A DNA stretch of 64,000 nucleotides, from contig OX597839.1 in NCBI GenBank assembly GCA_951406725.2, forward strand, positions 40,858,001 to 40,922,000, in the 5' to 3' direction. Source of the stretch: Octopus vulgaris (lineage: Eukaryota). A program made the position numbers and the translations under genes. The notes beneath the pieces were generated by a model, which did no database searches, was not told where the DNA came from, and saw only the letters and a list, made by a program, of their open reading frames with translations. Each line of letters begins with the position of its first letter. Position 1 is the first letter of the stretch. Below, piece after piece: positions 61,141 to 64,000 of this stretch.

Positions 61141-61678
61141 TTCCCCCACCCCCACCCCATCTCCCTCACCTTCCTGCCACCTCTTCTCCTTTTCTTTCTT
61201 CCCCACCCCCACCCCATCTCCCTCACCTTCCTGCCACCTCTTCTCCTCCTCTTCTTTCTTCCCCACCCCCACCCCATCTCCCTCACCTTCCTGCCACCTC
61301 TTCTCCTTTTCTTTCTTCCCCACCCCCACCCCATCTCCCTCACCTTCCTGCCACCTCTTCTCCTTTTCTTTCTTCCCCACCCCCACCCCATCTCCCTCAC
61401 CTTCCTGCCACCTCTTCTCCTTTTCTTTCTTCCCCACCCCCACCCCATCTCCCTCACCTTCCTGCCACCTCTTCTCCTTTTCTTTCTTCCCCACCCCCAC
61501 CCCATCTCCCTCACCTTCCTGCCACCTCTTCTCCTTTTCTTTCTTCCCCACCCCCACCCCATCTCCCTCACCTTCCTGCCACCTCTTCTCCTTTTCTTTC
61601 TTCCCCACCCCCACCCCATCTCCCTCACCTTCCTGCCACCTCTTCTCCTCCTCTTCTTTCTTCCCCACCCCCACCCCC
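61141..61678. repeat. 57/60-bp pyrimidine-rich minisatellite, about 9 copies
   Basis: Unit ccccacccccaccccatctccctcaccttcctgccacctcttctccttttctttctt. Confidence 0.95.
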
Positions 61679-61782
61679 CCTCATCTATGTTGTTTTGCTG
61701 CTGTGCAAGTATTTTGGAATTCTGCTACTAAACAAACCCGCTTCCGACCTTATACACACCTCATCGTTCACTTCAATCTAAA

Positions 61783-62164
61783 CCACTGCTTCTCAGTCAC
61801 TTCTCTTTTTGAATCTATGGATCCCTCTGATTCCAATACTGTTAGGGTGGAACCCCCTTTAACCATTTCATGTTTCAAAACTAGTCTTACAGAAACTTCT
61901 TTCAAAATTCCTATTTTCTTCTTGTATAGGTTCATCTCTTACTCTCTTTTACTCTTTTACTCTTTTACTTGTTTCAGTCATTTGACTGCGGCCATGCTGG
62001 AGCACCGCCTTTTAATCGAGCAAATCGACCCCGGGACTTATTCTTTTTGTAAGCCCAGTACTTATTCTATCGGTCTCTTTATGCCGAACCGCTAAGTGAC
62101 GGGGACGTAAACACACACCAGCATCGGTTGTCAAGCAATGCTAGGGACAAACACAGGCACACAA

Positions 62165-62195
<31 letters not shown>

Positions 62196-62566
62196 CATAT
62201 ATACGACAGGCTTCTTTCAGTTTCCGTCTACCAAATCCACTCACAAGGCATTGGTCGGCCAGGGGCTATAGCAGAAGACACTTGCCCAAGATGCCACGCA
62301 GTGGGACTGAACCCGGAACCATGTGGTTGGTTAGCAAGCTACTTACCAGACAGCCACTCCTGCGCCTATGTAAAATGTGAGAGAAAGAAACGAAACTGTT
62401 TCTTGCAATAAATACCAATATATACAGCGAAAGCAAAATCTTTTCAGAAACCCTTCCAAATATTATTGTGGATCCCTAATTCATTATCTTACTTTATGGA
62501 CCCCACCCCGCCCCAAATCTTATATGGGCCCTCAGGGGCCATGTGAACCCCGGTTGAGAACCACTG
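61783..62566. mobile_element. Non-autonomous hAT (Charlie/MER5-like) element interrupted by a SINE
   Basis: Left cactgcttctca..tatggatccctctga, right ggttgagaaccactg; flanks atctaaac and gactaaaa resemble a decayed 8-bp TSD. Confidence 0.65.
61936..62368 (-). mobile_element. Full-length SINE family A
   Basis: Reverse complement of the 25976-26375 type. Confidence 0.92.
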
Positions 62567-62581
62567 GACTAAAAGGTAGAC

Positions 62582-63333
62582 CAGGGGTTCTCAACCATTT
62601 TTCTTTATCTATGGATCCCTCTGAATACTATTTTATTCTGGTGGACCCATGGGCCCTCCAGGGGCCATGTGAACCCCGGTTGAGAACCACTGGACTAAAA
62701 GGTAGACCAGGGATTCTCAACCATTTTCTTTTATCAATGGATCCCTCTGAATACTATTTTATTCTGGTGGACCCCTAGGCCCTCAGGGGCCATGTGAACC
62801 CCGGTTGAGAACCACTGGACTAAAAGGTAGACCAGGGATTCTCAACCATTTTCTTTTATCTATGGATCCCTCTGAATACTATTTTATTCTGGTGGACCCC
62901 TCGGCCCTCAGGGGTCATGTGAAACCCGGTTGAGAACCACTGGACTAAAAGGTAGACCAGGGGTTCTCAACCATTTTTCTTTATCTATGGATCCCTATGA
63001 ATACTATTTTATTCTGGTGGACCTCTGGGCCCTCAGGGGCCATGTGAACCCCGGTTGAGATCCACTGGACTAAAAGGTAGACCAGGGGTTCTCAATCATT
63101 TTCTTTTATCTATGGATCCCTCTGAATACTATTTTATTCTGTTGGACCTCTGGGCCCTCAGGAGCCATGTGAACCCCGGTTGAGATCCACTGGACTAAAA
63201 GGTAGACCAGGGGTTCTCAACCATTTTCTTTTATCTATGGATCCCTCTGAATACTATTTTATTCTGGTGGACCTCTGGGCCCTCCAGGGGCCATGTGAAC
63301 CCCGGTTGAGAACCACTGGACTAAGAAGTAGAC
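62582..63333. repeat. Tandem array of six 125-bp units (110-bp hAT MITE plus 15-bp spacer)
   Basis: Units start at 62582, 62708, 62833, 62958, 63083 and 63208; TIRs caggggttctcaacc and ggttgagaaccactg; spacer gactaaaaggtagac. Confidence 0.93.
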
Positions 63334-64000
63334 CAGGGAAACCAAAAAGATATGAATAAATGTGGTAGTACTGGGTGTCTGCGTCGAAAGAATTAATGAA
63401 GAACAAAAAGAAACTTTCCAGAAAATACCAAAAATGCCAGAAATATAATGTGCTATACGATACACTTTCTTTCCATTTGAAAAACACAAGAAAGATATCC
63501 ATCTACTTGATTACATAAATTATGTGTGAATGGATTTATTGTCGTCTGCTTGGCTACAAAAACAAAGGCATTATGGTTATGTATTGATGTAAGTAAATAT
63601 AATGTTACTTTAAAAGTTTTATGCTTCGGTTGTATGTTGTATGGGGTTTAATGAAGTAGGAATACGTTTCCATTACGTCAGTAAAACTAGGATTAGATAT
63701 AATTGTACAAGGAGTGAAAGACGAGTGAGAAAGTAGTGCAAATAAAACGTCGATTAAATTTTTTCAAACATGTCGGCTTCGACGTGGTTTCTGTCAACCA
63801 AATTTCTCTAACAAACGTCATAGTTGCTCTGAAGCTATTATGGTAAACATTTGCTCTGGGCGTCAGGCAATGCTACACAGCAACGTCATTATCAATCCAT
63901 CTCTACTCATGTGCATTCGCCTTGTCTTGCCCTGGGACCTTTCTGTTTGTGATGGCTGCTGGCGAGACAAACGACGTACCTTAGCTGTTTTCGGAACCAG

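Noticed and set aside
61029-61781. Proline-rich extensin-like ORF
   Set aside because: Open in several frames on both strands because of the 57-bp stop-free unit
62526-63340. CRISPR-like regular array
   Set aside because: Spacers are identical, units are TIR-bounded MITEs, there are no cas genes, and the context is eukaryotic
63345-63720. Possible coding island
   Set aside because: No sustained frame or recognisable motif

Overview
An AT-rich eukaryotic window saturated with microsatellites: (TA)n, (TG)n, (TATG)n, (TAGA)n, (AAT)n, (GAT)n and (GGT)n. I found no confidently identifiable host protein-coding gene, and nearly all listed ORFs are repeat artefacts. The repeat landscape and SINE types suggest an octopus (cephalopod) intron or intergenic region; this is inference. 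Non-microsatellite sequence is mostly transposon-derived: at least four tRNA-headed SINE families, a CR1-group LINE 3' fragment, a Tx1/L1-like LINE 3' fragment, a Penelope GIY-YIG fragment, a full-length defective mariner with perfect 37-bp TIRs inside an 84-bp satellite, other Tc1/mariner, pogo and hAT relics, a non-autonomous Helitron, and a tandem array of a 110-bp hAT MITE. The most notable signal is a dense set of short non-coding elements next to (TA)n tracts that carry type I hammerhead ribozyme (HHR) folds. One is canonical (21521-21603), two are near-canonical (56709-56782, 57751-57811), and about seven are variant or decayed. They belong to several unrelated sequence families, and some form partial tandems or fold-back inversions. 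This resembles Penelope pseudo-LTRs or retrozymes. All folds were read by eye and none has been tested.
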